From: an uncultured Gemmatimonadales bacterium
GTDB taxonomy: Bacteria > Gemmatimonadota > Gemmatimonadetes > Gemmatimonadales > GWC2-71-9
DNA: 64,000 bases
NCBI GenBank assembly: GCA_963822925.1
Contig: CAWGJN010000001.1
Coordinates: forward strand, 217,622 to 281,621
Direction: 5' to 3'
A program made the position numbers and the translations under genes. Shown in pieces: positions 1 through 10,337 of the stretch; the stretch's first letter is position 1; every line of letters begins with the position of its first letter. The notes under the pieces were generated by a model. That model worked only from the letters and a program-made list of their open reading frames with translations. It had not been told where the DNA came from and did no database searches.

Positions 1-2867
1 TCGCGGAGTGCCCACTTCGTGTCAGGCCGCGCCTCGCGAGCGGCCGCCAGCGCCGCCTCGCAGAACGCCGCCGCGGGAAAAACGGCGGAGCCACCAACCC
101 GATGGTCAGCAAGCCAGGTGAACTGCGCGGGCCCCAGCAGGGTCTCCCAGTGTGCGGCACGACCATCCGCCTGGCGGAAGGCACGGGCGAGGAACGGATG
201 GCGGTTCTCGCGACCCGTGGCGTCCGGAGCGCCCGCGACACCGCCGGAGGGCTCCCACCAGAACCGCTCCCGCTGCCACGGATAATGCGGAAGATCCACG
301 CGCGCATGGCCATCCGCATACAGGCGTCGCCATTCGATGGGGTGACCAATCACGAATAGCGCGCCCAGCGACGAGAGCAGGCTGGCCTGCTCCGGCTCCT
401 CACGTCTCAGCGACGGCAGGGCCATTGCGGGCTGCAGCGCCGGTACGAGCAGGGGATGCGGACTCATCTCGATGAACCCCTCAATCCCGTCTCCCTGCAT
501 TGCCACGACCGTCTCGCGGAATCGCACGGTCGCGCGCAGGTTGCGCCCCCAGTAGGCAGCCTCCAGTGTGCCGCCCTCCACGCGCTCGGCCGTCACAGTC
601 GAGTAGAGCGGGATCGACGCGTGTGTCGGCCGGAGCGCCGCGAGGGAGGTGACGAGCTCCGGCACCAGCGGATCCATCTGTGGGCTGTGCGACGCGACAT
701 CCACCTTCACGAGTCGGCAGAACACCCCTTCGCCGTCCAGCGAAGCAAGCAACTCCTGCAGTGCTTCGGGCTCCCCTGCGACGATGGTGGAGCGCGCGCC
801 GTTGTTCACTGCCACAGAGAGGCGCTCGCCGAATGGATCAAGGTGCGAGGTGGCCTCCTCCAGAGGCAGCTCCACCATCGCCATCGCGCCCTGGCCGCTC
901 GTGCGCCGCATGAGCGCGCTGCGCCGGCACACGATCGCCATCGCCTCCTCGAGGGTGAGCGCGCCAGCCACACAGGCCGCGGCGGCCTCCCCCATGCTGT
1001 GGCCCACCACCGCGGCGGGCTCGACACCGTACGCGCGCCACAGGTTGGCCAGGGCGATCTCCACCGCAAGCAGGACCGGCTGGACGACCGCGATGTCGTC
1101 GAACCGGGTCCCCGCCTGCAACTGCTCCAGCAGCGACCAGTCGACCAGTGGGCGCAGCGCGGCCTCCGAGCGCTCCAGCGACGCGCGAAAAGCGGGCTCA
1201 CGCACGAGCAGCTCACGCGCCATGCCCTCCCACTGCGCCCCCTGCCCCGGGAACACGAACGCGAGCCGGCGCGGGCGTTCATCCATCGCAACACCGGAGG
1301 CCTGCGCCCCGGATGCGTCGCCCTGGGAGAAGCGGCGCAGGCGGTCCACCATGTCGGCCGGCGTCTCACTGACGAAGGCGGCGCGATGCCGGAGCGGGGT
1401 GCGGTACCACGCGGCCGACGCGCAAACGTCTGCAAGTGCCGGCGCGTCCGGCGACTCGAGCAGTGTCGCATAGGCATTCGCAAGTTCGGCGAGCGCAGAA
1501 TGTGAGCGTGCCGACAGCGGCAGCAGGAATGCCCTCGGCAAGAGGCTGCGGACGACGGGAAGAGCGAGCGGCGCCTCCTCGAGTACCACGTGCGCGTTCG
1601 TGCCTGCGATACCCATCGAGCTCACGCCCGCAATGCGCTTCCGACCATCGGACGGCAACGGGATGAGGCGCTGCGGGATTTCGAGCGGCAGCTCACTCCA
1701 CGGAATGGCAGGGTTGAGGACCTCGCAATGCAGGCTCGGCGGCACCGCGCCGAACCGCAGCACGAGCGCGGCCTTGATCAAGCCGGCGAGGCCGGCCGCT
1801 CCCTCAGTGTGCCCCAGGTTCGTCTTCACCGAGCCGACGAAGCAGCGCGCCGTCCGCGCGGGGCCTTCGCAAAGCACGGCTCCCAGGGCACCGAGCTCAA
1901 CCGGGTCACCGGCTCGCGTCCCGGTGCCATGCGCCTCGACGTAGGCCACCCGGGCCGGTGCAATGCCAGCGTCCGAGTACGCTGCACGGAGCGTATCCTC
2001 CTGGCCCGCGCGGCTCGGCGTCCCGAGGCTGCCGCTGGTCCGCCCATCGTTCCCGATGGCGCTCCCCCGGATCAGGGCATGTATGCGGTCGCCGTCGGCG
2101 AGCGCCCGGTCGAGGGGCTTGAGAAGGATCGCGGCGACGCCCTCACTGCGGATGTACCCGTCACCGTGCGCATCACCGAACTTGCAGCGTCCGTCAGGCG
2201 CCATCATCCGGCTCTGAGAGTACGCGATGCTGATGTTGGGTTGCAGGATGACATTCACGCCGGCCGCGATCGCCTGGTCGCACTCGCCGTCAAGGAGGCT
2301 TCGGCAGGCCAGGTGCACCGCGACTAGGGACGAGGAGCACGCGGTGTCCACCGTCAATGCGGGACCGCGGAGGCCGAAAGCGAAACTGATCCGGCCAGAG
2401 GCGGCATAGCGGCCGGTCCCCTGCGCGCTGAAAAAATCCAGCTCCGCCGGGTGAGCGAACATCATGGTCTCGTAGTCGCTCAACCATTCGCCCACGAATA
2501 CGCCGGTGCGCGAGCCTTCGAGCGTTCGCACGTCGGTCCCGGCGTCCTCAAAGGTCTCCCACGCCGTCTCAAGAAGAAGCCGCTGTTGGGGGTCGAGCCG
2601 GATCGCCTCGCGTGGCGCGATGCCAAAGAAGGCAGCGTCGAAGTGATCTACCTGCGGCAGGAACCCTCCCCGTCTCGTCGTCATGCGCCCCGGGGTGGCC
2701 GGCCGCGGGTCATACCACCCGGCGAGCTCACGACGATCCGGAGGAATGTCGGTGACGCAGTCGGTGCCGGCCGCAATGACGCGCCAGAAAGTCGCGGGGT
2801 CGGTGATCCCTCCCGGGAAGCGGCAGCCGATGCCGACGATCGCGAGCGGCTGAGTCCGGGCGCTCAT
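1..2867 (-). CDS. Modular type I polyketide synthase, N-terminal part (KS-AT-start of DH); 3' end lies beyond the window edge
   Basis: Absent from the ORF track because there is no stop in the window. Manual translation of the minus strand from ATG at 2865-2867 stays open to position 3. It shows the KS active site TVDTACSSS (about 2330-2354), AT motifs GHSMGE (about 985-1005) and VDVASHS, then DH-type HPFL...LADHRVGGSAVFPAAAF (about 60-215). The start overlaps the thioesterase stop (ATGA). Confidence 0.9.
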   Translation of the reverse strand, partial: MSARTQPLAIVGIGCRFPGGITDPATFWRVIAAGTDCVTDIPPDRRELAGWYDPRPATPGRMTTRRGGFLPQVDHFDAAFFGIAPREAIRLDPQQRLLLETAWETFEDAGTDVRTLEGSRTGVFVGEWLSDYETMMFAHPAELDFFSAQGTGRYAASGRISFAFGLRGPALTVDTACSSSLVAVHLACRSLLDGECDQAIAAGVNVILQPNISIAYSQSRMMAPDGRCKFGDAHGDGYIRSEGVAAILLKPLDRALADGDRIHALIRGSAIGNDGRTSGSLGTPSRAGQEDTLRAAYSDAGIAPARVAYVEAHGTGTRAGDPVELGALGAVLCEGPARTARCFVGSVKTNLGHTEGAAGLAGLIKAALVLRFGAVPPSLHCEVLNPAIPWSELPLEIPQRLIPLPSDGRKRIAGVSSMGIAGTNAHVVLEEAPLALPVVRSLLPRAFLLPLSARSHSALAELANAYATLLESPDAPALADVCASAAWYRTPLRHRAAFVSETPADMVDRLRRFSQGDASGAQASGVAMDERPRRLAFVFPGQGAQWEGMARELLVREPAFRASLERSEAALRPLVDWSLLEQLQAGTRFDDIAVVQPVLLAVEIALANLWRAYGVEPAAVVGHSMGEAAAACVAGALTLEEAMAIVCRRSALMRRTSGQGAMAMVELPLEEATSHLDPFGERLSVAVNNGARSTIVAGEPEALQELLASLDGEGVFCRLVKVDVASHSPQMDPLVPELVTSLAALRPTHASIPLYSTVTAERVEGGTLEAAYWGRNLRATVRFRETVVAMQGDGIEGFIEMSPHPLLVPALQPAMALPSLRREEPEQASLLSSLGALFVIGHPIEWRRLYADGHARVDLPHYPWQRERFWWEPSGGVAGAPDATGRENRHPFLARAFRQADGRAAHWETLLGPAQFTWLADHRVGGSAVFPAAAFCEAALAAAREARPDTKWALR

Positions 2868-3634
2868 CCCACCTGCTCCCGGGCCATCCCGGCGGGAGGC
2901 GCCAACGCGGCCTCGACCTCGGCCACCAGGGCCAGTCGCTGTTCCGTGAGATAGAAATGCCCACCCGCGAACTCCCGCCGCCGGAATCGTCCAGACGTCA
3001 TGGCACGCCACGCCTCGAGATGCGCGGGCGGCGTTGTGCCATCTGCCGCGCCACCAAACGCGGTGATGGGGCACTCGAGCATTGCGCCTGGCACCCAGGA
3101 ATGCATCTCGAGAGCTGTGAGGTCCGCCCGGAGCGTGGGCAGGAGCAGCGCGAGCAGCTCGGGCTCCGCCAGCACCGCCGCCGGAACGCCGCCGTATCGG
3201 CGGCCAGTCTCGGTGATGAGCGCATCGTCCGGCAACTGGCGCAGCGGAGGCTTCGGGTCCGGTAAGCAGGGCGGGCGGTAGGCCGAGACGAAGAGGTGCT
3301 GGAGTTGGAGCGCGCGGCGCGCAGCGAGCAGGCGAGCCGTCTCGAAGGCGATCACGGCCCCCATGCTGTGGCCGAAGAAGGCAAGCGGCCGGTCGAGCAG
3401 GGGCTCGAGGTGTCCGGCCACTTCTCTCACGATGGCCGGGAGATCACTGATCACGGGCTCACGGACACGGGCCTCACGACCAGGCAACTGGACGGCCCAG
3501 ACCTGGATATCGACACCTAGGGACTCAGCCCAGCGCCCGAAAAGCGCCGGACCGGCGCCCGCCGATGGGAAACAGATCAGGTGCGTTCGCGGATCCGTGC
3601 GGAGCCGCGACCGAACTAGCCAGCGTGACGTCAA
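2864..3634 (-). CDS. Type II (editing) thioesterase, alpha/beta hydrolase
   Basis: ORF 2864..3634, 256 aa. GHSMG nucleophile elbow. Size and layout are typical of the stand-alone TEII found next to PKS/NRPS genes. 4-nt ATGA overlap with the downstream PKS start. Confidence 0.85.
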   Translation of the reverse strand: MTSRWLVRSRLRTDPRTHLICFPSAGAGPALFGRWAESLGVDIQVWAVQLPGREARVREPVISDLPAIVREVAGHLEPLLDRPLAFFGHSMGAVIAFETARLLAARRALQLQHLFVSAYRPPCLPDPKPPLRQLPDDALITETGRRYGGVPAAVLAEPELLALLLPTLRADLTALEMHSWVPGAMLECPITAFGGAADGTTPPAHLEAWRAMTSGRFRRREFAGGHFYLTEQRLALVAEVEAALAPPAGMAREQVG

Positions 3635-3895
3635 AGTTATTTCCTGCTAGCTGGAGGGGGACGGCCCGACCGAGACGGGAAGTCGATCGCTCCTAGCGTG
3701 GACCAAGCTGGCAACACGTGTGCCCAACACTGGCGACGCTGATTACCTGTCAGGGCGCTATCCTGGGCGGTTCAAGCGCTGAGTCTGACGGCACTTAGGC
3801 CGGTTCCTGCCCGCCAGCTGGAAGGGGTGTCGATCTGGCCGTAACGACGCCGTGTTGCGCGGACGCAGCGCTTTAGCAATTGAGCCCTACAGTGC

Positions 3896-5059
3896 TCACG
3901 CCACCAGCATTCGACCGTTGAGCTGGATCGGGCCCACGAAAGGAACACCTTCGAGCACCTGGAGCATCAGCGAGGGTCCGGCACCGAGGGCACGCTCGGC
4001 CCTGCGATCCCACACCAGTGCCTGCACCACGTAGATCCCGCGCGGCACGTTCATCTGCAACTCGACTTCAAGGGAGAACGGCCCGATCGACAGTTTCACG
4101 TCGCTCGTCGAGGTGCCGATCGCCGATACGAATGCTCCGGTCGAGGCGTTACGGACTAGCACGACCACGGGATCGATGTGCTCCGGAACCCCGTCCGCGC
4201 CGATGCTTCCACACAGGCCGATGCGAACCCGACCTCCCGAGCACACGTCACCTGTGCCCTCGAGCCGGAGTCGCTCGATCGTCGCCGGGGCATCGCCATG
4301 CGGGACGAAGCCACCGCGATCGGGGTCGAGGTAGTCGGCGATGCACTCCTGCGGTGTGCCCTGACGGACCACGGTACCGTGGTCCAGCAGCAGGGCGTGA
4401 GTGCACAACTCGGCGATGCGATCGAGCTGGTGCGAAACCATGACGACCGGGATGCCGGAGCGAACCAGCTCCCGCATCCGTGCGTATGCCTTCTGTTGGA
4501 ACGCGAGGTCGCCGACCGCCAGGACCTCGTCGACAAAGAGGACCTCGGGATCGAGGTGCGCGGCGATGGCGAAACCGAGCCGTGCATTCATGCCGCTCGA
4601 GTAGCGCTTCACCGGTGTGTCGATGAAGTCGGCGACCCCGGCGAATTCCACGATCTGGTCGAACTTTCGGCCGGTTTCCGCCGACGACATCCCCATGATC
4701 GCGCCCTGCAGGAAGAGGTTCTCGCGTCCAGTCAGGTCCTGGTGGAAACCCGCCGCCACCTCGATGAGCACGCCCTGCCGGCCGCGGACGCGAACGGTAC
4801 CGTGGGTGGGCCGCAGGATCCGGGTCAGCAGCTTGAGCAGCGTGGACTTGCCCGCCCCATTGGGTCCGATGACCCCGAGCGCCTCGCCGGGTAGCACCTC
4901 GAACGACACGTCACGCAACGCCCAGAACTCCCGCGCTGCGCCGCGCCGCGCCCTTCCGCGGCGCAGCAGCGCCGGGAGGAAATCGCGCAGGCTGTCGTGG
5001 TGTTCACCGCGGCGGAACCGCTTCCACACCTGTTCGCACCGCACGCCGGGGTCGGTCAT
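3896..5059 (-). CDS. ABC transporter ATP-binding protein, Wzt/TagH-like glycan exporter with extra C-terminal domain
   Basis: ORF 3896..5155 trimmed to ATG 5059 (MTDPGVRCEQVWKRF), which overlaps the permease stop (ATGA). Walker A GPNGAGKSTLLKLL, signature YSSGMNARLGF, Walker B LFVDEVLAVGD. About 170 extra C-terminal residues, as in Wzt-type proteins. Confidence 0.85.
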   Translation of the reverse strand: MTDPGVRCEQVWKRFRRGEHHDSLRDFLPALLRRGRARRGAAREFWALRDVSFEVLPGEALGVIGPNGAGKSTLLKLLTRILRPTHGTVRVRGRQGVLIEVAAGFHQDLTGRENLFLQGAIMGMSSAETGRKFDQIVEFAGVADFIDTPVKRYSSGMNARLGFAIAAHLDPEVLFVDEVLAVGDLAFQQKAYARMRELVRSGIPVVMVSHQLDRIAELCTHALLLDHGTVVRQGTPQECIADYLDPDRGGFVPHGDAPATIERLRLEGTGDVCSGGRVRIGLCGSIGADGVPEHIDPVVVLVRNASTGAFVSAIGTSTSDVKLSIGPFSLEVELQMNVPRGIYVVQALVWDRRAERALGAGPSLMLQVLEGVPFVGPIQLNGRMLVA

Positions 5060-5967
5060 ACGAACTCGGACAGATCCGGCTCGACGCGATGGAACGCGAG
5101 GGAGCTGACGAGCAGCCCGCCCAGCGCCCAGGCCGCGCTGTAGGCCAGGTACCACGGCGACCAGGCCGCGACGTCGCCTCGCGGGGAAGACGCGGCCAGC
5201 GGCAGGAGCAGGTTCTGACCCTCGAGCACTGCGAGCCGCATTCCCTCGAGCAGAGGTGCGAGGGGATTCAGCATGACGAGGTGCGCGCCGGTGGGGCCGA
5301 GCATCGCGGGCTCGTAGAACACAGGGGTGAAGAAGATGCCGAAGGTGAGCAGCACCTGCACGATGTACTTCACGTCACGGAAGAAGACGTTGGCACAGCT
5401 CAGGAGCAGCGCGATGGCCGTGGTGAGACAGAAGAGCAGGGCGAGGAGCAGCGGCAGCCACAACAGCCCGGTCGAGAGCGGCACGCCGAGCCATGGCGCC
5501 AGCGCGAAGAGAAGCAGGCTTCCGACGAGGGTATCCACACCCTGCGCGAGGACCGTGGCGATGGGAAGCATCTCACGGGGGAAGTACACCTTCGACACCA
5601 GGTTGCCGTTGGCGGCGAGGGAAGGCGTGGCCATCCCGATCGCGCCGGCGAAAAAGCCCCAGCCGAGGCCCTTGAGGGCGAGCGCGGCAACGGTCGTGCG
5701 GTCGAACGAGCCGGCCGTCATCTGTGCCATGGCGAACCGCACCAGCATCCCGGAAAGCACCACCAGCGCGGGCATGAACAATGCCCAGGCCGCGCCCAGT
5801 ACCGCCTGCTTGTAGCGGACGCGAAGATCCCGGATCACGAGCTGACGCAGGAGATTCCGATACCCTGACAATTCCGCGGCAATCTCGCGCAGCGCCGTGA
5901 CCATGGGAACGCTCTCCACGGCCTGCGGTGGTGGAACCGCCGCACCGGTCTGGTCCGTTGAGGTCAT
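5056..5967 (-). CDS. ABC-2 type transporter permease (Wzm-like)
   Basis: ORF 5056..6132 trimmed to ATG 5967 (MTSTDQTG...). Contains LVIRDLRVRYKQAVLGAAWALFMP, typical of ABC-2 permeases, and multiple hydrophobic helices. Coupled to the ATPase gene. Confidence 0.8.
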   Translation of the reverse strand: MTSTDQTGAAVPPPQAVESVPMVTALREIAAELSGYRNLLRQLVIRDLRVRYKQAVLGAAWALFMPALVVLSGMLVRFAMAQMTAGSFDRTTVAALALKGLGWGFFAGAIGMATPSLAANGNLVSKVYFPREMLPIATVLAQGVDTLVGSLLLFALAPWLGVPLSTGLLWLPLLLALLFCLTTAIALLLSCANVFFRDVKYIVQVLLTFGIFFTPVFYEPAMLGPTGAHLVMLNPLAPLLEGMRLAVLEGQNLLLPLAASSPRGDVAAWSPWYLAYSAAWALGGLLVSSLAFHRVEPDLSEFV

Positions 5968-6121
5968 CGGCGTCTCGAGAAGGGGAACTTCGCGGCTGCC
6001 CGGGTTGATAAGACTACGCAACCCCTCGCGGGTACGCGAGCGCGCCATCCGGTACGACGCCGCTCCGCGAGCAGTTTGACGGGGGCCAGCCATCGGGATG
6101 ATCCAGGGGCACAAAGCGAAG

Positions 6122-6147
6122 CGGGGCAACACCTTGTCGTGCTGCCC
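6122..6147 (-). terminator. Possible intrinsic terminator after pilC
   Basis: GGGGCAACAC / GTGCTGCCCC stem (10 bp, one mismatch) with a 6-nt loop. On the minus strand it is followed by GCTTCGCTTTGTG, a weak U-tract. Confidence 0.35.
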
Positions 6148-6180
6148 CGCCCCGGCGCGGCCCGCCCCATGCGGGGACGA

Positions 6181-7391
6181 TTACTGGATGGCGTTCATCA
6201 TGTCGAAGATCGGCAGGTACATGGCCACGACCATGCCACCGACCACCACGCCGAGCACCACGATCATCACCGGCTCCATGAGGGCGAGCAGCGCGCTCAC
6301 CGCCACGTCCACCTCTTCGTCGTAGAAGTCGGCGATCTTCGTGAGCATCTCGTCGAGTCCGCCCGTCTGCTCGCCGACCGCGATCATCGAGATGACCATG
6401 GGCGGGAACACCTTCGACTTGTCGAGCGGGGCTGCGATGGTCTCGCCGCCGGCGATCGAGGCGCGGGACTCCATGACCGCATCGTGGATGACGCGGTTGC
6501 CCGCGGTCTTGGCCGTGATCTCAAGGCCGTCCAGGATGCTCACGCCCGAGGAGATCAGCGTACCGAGCGTGCGGGTAAAGCGCGACACCGCGGACTTGCG
6601 CACCACGTCGCCGAGCACCGGGGCCTTGAGCATCAGGCCGTCGACGGTCTTCTGTCCCGCCGCCGTCGCGTAGTAGCGCTTGAACATGAACCAGAGCCGA
6701 AGCCCACCGCCAGCATCAGCCACCAGTAGCTGGTGAGGAAGCCGGACATGCCGATCACGATGCGTGTCGGCAGCGGCAGTTCCATGTTCACCGAGGCGAA
6801 CATCTTCGAGAAGGTCGGGATCACGAAGATGAGCAGCACCGTGATCGCGATCGCGGCCACGCTCATGATCACGACCGGGTACACCATGGCGCCCTTCACC
6901 TTGCGCACCAGCGCGTCGTTCTTTTCCATGAACGTCGCGAGGCGCAGGAGGATCGTGTCGAGAATACCACCGTGCTCACCGGCCGCGATCATGTTGACGT
7001 AGAGCTCGGTGAACGCGTTGGGGTGCTTCCGAAACGCGTCGGCCAGGGTGTTGCCGGCTTCGACGTCGAACACCACCGACCGGGTGACGTCCTTGAGCGT
7101 CGCGTTCTCGGTCTGCTTGCTGAGAATGTCCAGCGACTGCACCAGCGGCAGGCCGGCGTTGATCATCGTCGCGAACTGTCGCGTGAAGATCACGATGTCG
7201 CGCGTCTTGACGCTCGGCTTGCCGAAACCGAAGCTGAGCTTGAGCGGCTTCGGTGCCTCCCGGAGGCTGACCAGCATCATCCGGTTCTTCCGGAGATACG
7301 AGGTCACGTCGTCCTTCGACGGGACGTCGAGCTGGCCCTTCTGGATCTGGCCCGTCGACGGGTTGCGTGCGGTATACTCGAAGAGCGGCAT
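6181..7391 (-). pseudogene. pilC: Type IV pilus platform protein PilC (GspF family), split by one frameshift
   Basis: ORFs 6633..7391 (N-terminal GspF repeat) and 6181..6723 (C-terminal GspF repeat ending MYLPIFDMMNAIQ) overlap in different frames. They join as ...SYWWLMLAVG / LRLWFMFKRYY... to give a normal roughly 400-aa PilC. The junction is near the CCC run at 6703-6705. Confidence 0.85.
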
Positions 7392-7406
7392 CGGTCCTTC
7401 TCCCGG

Positions 7407-8546
7407 TTAGCGGCGCCCGCCGCTGGTGCTGGCCATCTTGCCCGAAGGCGCCGAGCCGATTTCCTGGTCCTCGAGCGGCTTCTCACCGATCATGCGCAGG
7501 AACTCGTTCGGATCTGGCGATACCCGAAGGCACTCTTCCTGAGCGACCTCGCGATTCATGTACAACTGGTACAGTGAGCTGTTCATCGTCTGCATGCCGA
7601 ACTTCTGGCCGGCCTGCAAGGCGGACTGGATCTGGTGCACCTTGTCGTCGCGGATCAGCGCCCGGATCGCGGGCGTCACCACCATGATCTCGGTGGCCAT
7701 CACGCGACCCCGGCCGCGCGAGCGCGGCAGCAGCGTCTGGGTCAGCACGCCCTCGAGCACGAACGCCAGCTGGGCCCGCACCTGGGACTGCTGGCTCGAC
7801 GGGAACACGTCGATGATGCGGTTGATCGACTCCGCCGCCGAGTTGGTGTGCAGGGTCGCGAGAGCGAGGTGGCCGGTCTCGGCGATGGTGAGCGCCGCGG
7901 CGACCGTCTCGAGGTCTCGCATCTCTCCCACCAGAATAACGTCGGGATCCTCCCGAAGGCAGTACTTGAGGGCCGACGCAAAGCTCTTCGTGTCGGTGCC
8001 CACTTCGCGCTGGTTGACGATGCAGCTCTGGTGGCGGTGGATGAACTCGATCGGGTCCTCCACCGTAATGATGTGACCCTTCCGCTCCTTGTTGATCTTG
8101 TCGATGATCGCCGCGAGCGTCGTGGACTTGCCCGAGCCGGTGGGCCCGGTCACCAGGATGAGCCCGCGCGGACGCTCGGCCAGCTTGGCCACCACCGGGG
8201 GCAGGCCCAGCTCGCTGAAGGTGCGGACGTTGAACGGGATCATGCGGATGGCCACCGACACGCAGCCCCGCTGCTTGTAGACGTTGCCGCGGAAGCGGGC
8301 CAGGTTCTGGATGCCGAAAGAAAAGTCGAGCTCATCCTCGGTTTCGAACCGCTTCTTCTGGTTCTCGGTCAGCACCGAGTAGGCGAGCGAGAGCGTGTCC
8401 TTGGGATTCATGACGTCGCCACACGAATTCGCGTTCGTGATGTCGCCGTCCACGCGGAGCTTCGGCCGCTCGCCCGCAGTCAGGTGCAGGTCCGAGGCTT
8501 CCCGCTCGATCATCTCCTCAAGGAGCACCCGGAGGTTGACGCTCAT
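7407..8546 (-). CDS. pilT: Twitching-motility ATPase PilT
   Basis: ORF, 379 aa. Starts MSVNLRVLLEEMIEREASDLHL. Walker A GPTGSGKSTT. PilT-like length and layout. The start overlaps the pilB stop. Confidence 0.9.
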   Translation of the reverse strand: MSVNLRVLLEEMIEREASDLHLTAGERPKLRVDGDITNANSCGDVMNPKDTLSLAYSVLTENQKKRFETEDELDFSFGIQNLARFRGNVYKQRGCVSVAIRMIPFNVRTFSELGLPPVVAKLAERPRGLILVTGPTGSGKSTTLAAIIDKINKERKGHIITVEDPIEFIHRHQSCIVNQREVGTDTKSFASALKYCLREDPDVILVGEMRDLETVAAALTIAETGHLALATLHTNSAAESINRIIDVFPSSQQSQVRAQLAFVLEGVLTQTLLPRSRGRGRVMATEIMVVTPAIRALIRDDKVHQIQSALQAGQKFGMQTMNSSLYQLYMNREVAQEECLRVSPDPNEFLRMIGEKPLEDQEIGSAPSGKMASTSGGRR

Positions 8547-10258
8547 GCTGCGGTCTCCTTCACGACTTCTTCGAGTGTGGTAACGCCCTTCGCGACCTTC
8601 ATCATGCCGTCCATGCGCAGGGTAAGCATGCCCTCCGCCACTGCCGCGTCACGGAGCTCGGACGAGGCATCGCCCCGGAGGATCATGCGGCGCAGCGTGG
8701 GCGACAGATTCATCACCTCGTAAAGGCCTGCGCGTCCCTTGTAGCCCAGGCCGCCGCACGCATCGCACCCGCGGCCCTTCATGAACGGGATCGACCGGAA
8801 CTGCTCAATTTCTGTGCCCAGCGACGACAGCACGTCGTCGGGATAGCTCGTGGGCTCCTTGCAGGACTTGCAGATCCGGCGCACGAGCCGCTGGGCCACC
8901 ACCAGGTTCACGGCGCTCGCCACGTTGAAGGCCTCGAGCCCCATGTCAATCATACGGGTGACGGTGCTCGGCGCGTCGTTGGTATGCAGGGTCGAGAGTA
9001 CCAGGTGGCCGGTAAGGGCCGCCTTGATGGCGATGCTCCCCGTCTCCAGGTCTCGAATTTCGCCGATCATGATGATGTTGGGGTCCTGCCGGAGGAACGC
9101 CCTCAGCGCCGCGGCGAAGGTCAGCCCGATCTCGTTCCGCACCAGCACCTGGTTGATCCCCATGAGGTTGTACTCGACGGGGTCTTCCGCCGTCATGATG
9201 TTCGTCTCGATGGTGTTGATGCGCGAGAGCGCCGAGTAGAGCGTCGTCGTCTTGCCGGAACCCGTCGGACCGGTGACCAGCACCATGCCGTACGGATTGA
9301 GGATCGCTTTGAGCAGGTCCGCCTCGGCCTTGGGCTCGAACCCGAACTTGCTCAGGTCGAGCGTCAGGTTGCCCTTGTCGAGGATTCGCATCACGATCTT
9401 CTCGCCGAATAGCACCGGCAAGGTCGAGACGCGGAAGTCGATGACCCGGTTGCCCATCTTGAGCTTGAGGCGGCCGTCCTGCGGCACGCGGCGCTCGGCG
9501 ATATTGAGCTGGGACAGAATCTTGACGCGGCTCGTGAGGGCGGCCCGCAGCTTGAGCGGCGGCTTCATCACCTCGACCAGCGCGCCGTCGATGCGGTAGC
9601 GCACCCGGATCTCGTGCTCGAACGGCTCGATGTGGATGTCGCTGGCTCCGCGTCGCACCGCATCCGTGAGCAAGCCGTTGATCAGCTTGACCACCGGGGC
9701 GTCGTCGATCTGTTCCCGGGTCGCGACCTCGTCGGCCTGCTCCTCGAGCACCTCGACGTCGTCCTCCAGCCCTTCCATGTCCCGGATCAGGTTCTGGAGC
9801 TGCTGCTCGTTGCCGGCGTTTTCGTAGTGGCGCTCGATCAGGGCCCGGAGAGTCACCTCACCCGCGATGACGGGAAAGAGATCGTACCGGGTGATGAACT
9901 TGAGGTCGTCCAGGAGACCATGATCCGACGGGTCCGCCACCGCCACCGTGAGGGTACGACCCTCACGCTTGAGCGGGAGCACGATGTGCTTGGCGGCGAC
10001 TTCGCCGGGGATCAGTTTGAGGGTGCGGGGATCCACCTCGAACTTGGTCAGGTCGACCGCCGGCATCCGATGGTGCCGTGCCAGGAGCTTCGTCACCTCG
10101 ATTTCGGGGACGATACCCTGCTTGGCCACCACGTAGCTCAGCCGCAGGCGGGACGACTTGGCCTCGGCGACGGCCGCCGAAAGCTGGTCGCGAGTCAGCA
10201 GACCTTCCTGCAGAAGGAGGTCGCCGAGAAAGTTGCCGCCTACCGCCACTGACGCCAT
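8543..10258 (-). CDS. pilB: Type IV pilus assembly ATPase PilB
   Basis: ORF 8543..11290 trimmed to ATG at 10256-10258 (MASVAVGGNFLGDLLLQEGLL...), giving 571 aa. Walker A GPTGSGKTTTLY and a tetracysteine CKSC...CDAC motif. The upstream 340 codons of the ORF are Arg/Pro-rich and overlap the ComEA-like gene, so they are treated as spurious. Confidence 0.9.
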   Translation of the reverse strand: MASVAVGGNFLGDLLLQEGLLTRDQLSAAVAEAKSSRLRLSYVVAKQGIVPEIEVTKLLARHHRMPAVDLTKFEVDPRTLKLIPGEVAAKHIVLPLKREGRTLTVAVADPSDHGLLDDLKFITRYDLFPVIAGEVTLRALIERHYENAGNEQQLQNLIRDMEGLEDDVEVLEEQADEVATREQIDDAPVVKLINGLLTDAVRRGASDIHIEPFEHEIRVRYRIDGALVEVMKPPLKLRAALTSRVKILSQLNIAERRVPQDGRLKLKMGNRVIDFRVSTLPVLFGEKIVMRILDKGNLTLDLSKFGFEPKAEADLLKAILNPYGMVLVTGPTGSGKTTTLYSALSRINTIETNIMTAEDPVEYNLMGINQVLVRNEIGLTFAAALRAFLRQDPNIIMIGEIRDLETGSIAIKAALTGHLVLSTLHTNDAPSTVTRMIDMGLEAFNVASAVNLVVAQRLVRRICKSCKEPTSYPDDVLSSLGTEIEQFRSIPFMKGRGCDACGGLGYKGRAGLYEVMNLSPTLRRMILRGDASSELRDAAVAEGMLTLRMDGMMKVAKGVTTLEEVVKETAA

Positions 10259-10337
10259 GGCCACCGTACCTGACCGTGAGCCTAAGTGATTACGTTGCTG
10301 CTGGATACACTGCGTGTACACGGACGCTGGATCGCTG

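Noticed and set aside
3709-3723. Sigma-54-like TGGCAA-N5-GTGC motif in the TEII/wzt intergenic region
   Set aside because: It has two mismatches to the consensus TGGCAC-N5-TTGC. It is also oriented on the plus strand, where no gene follows.
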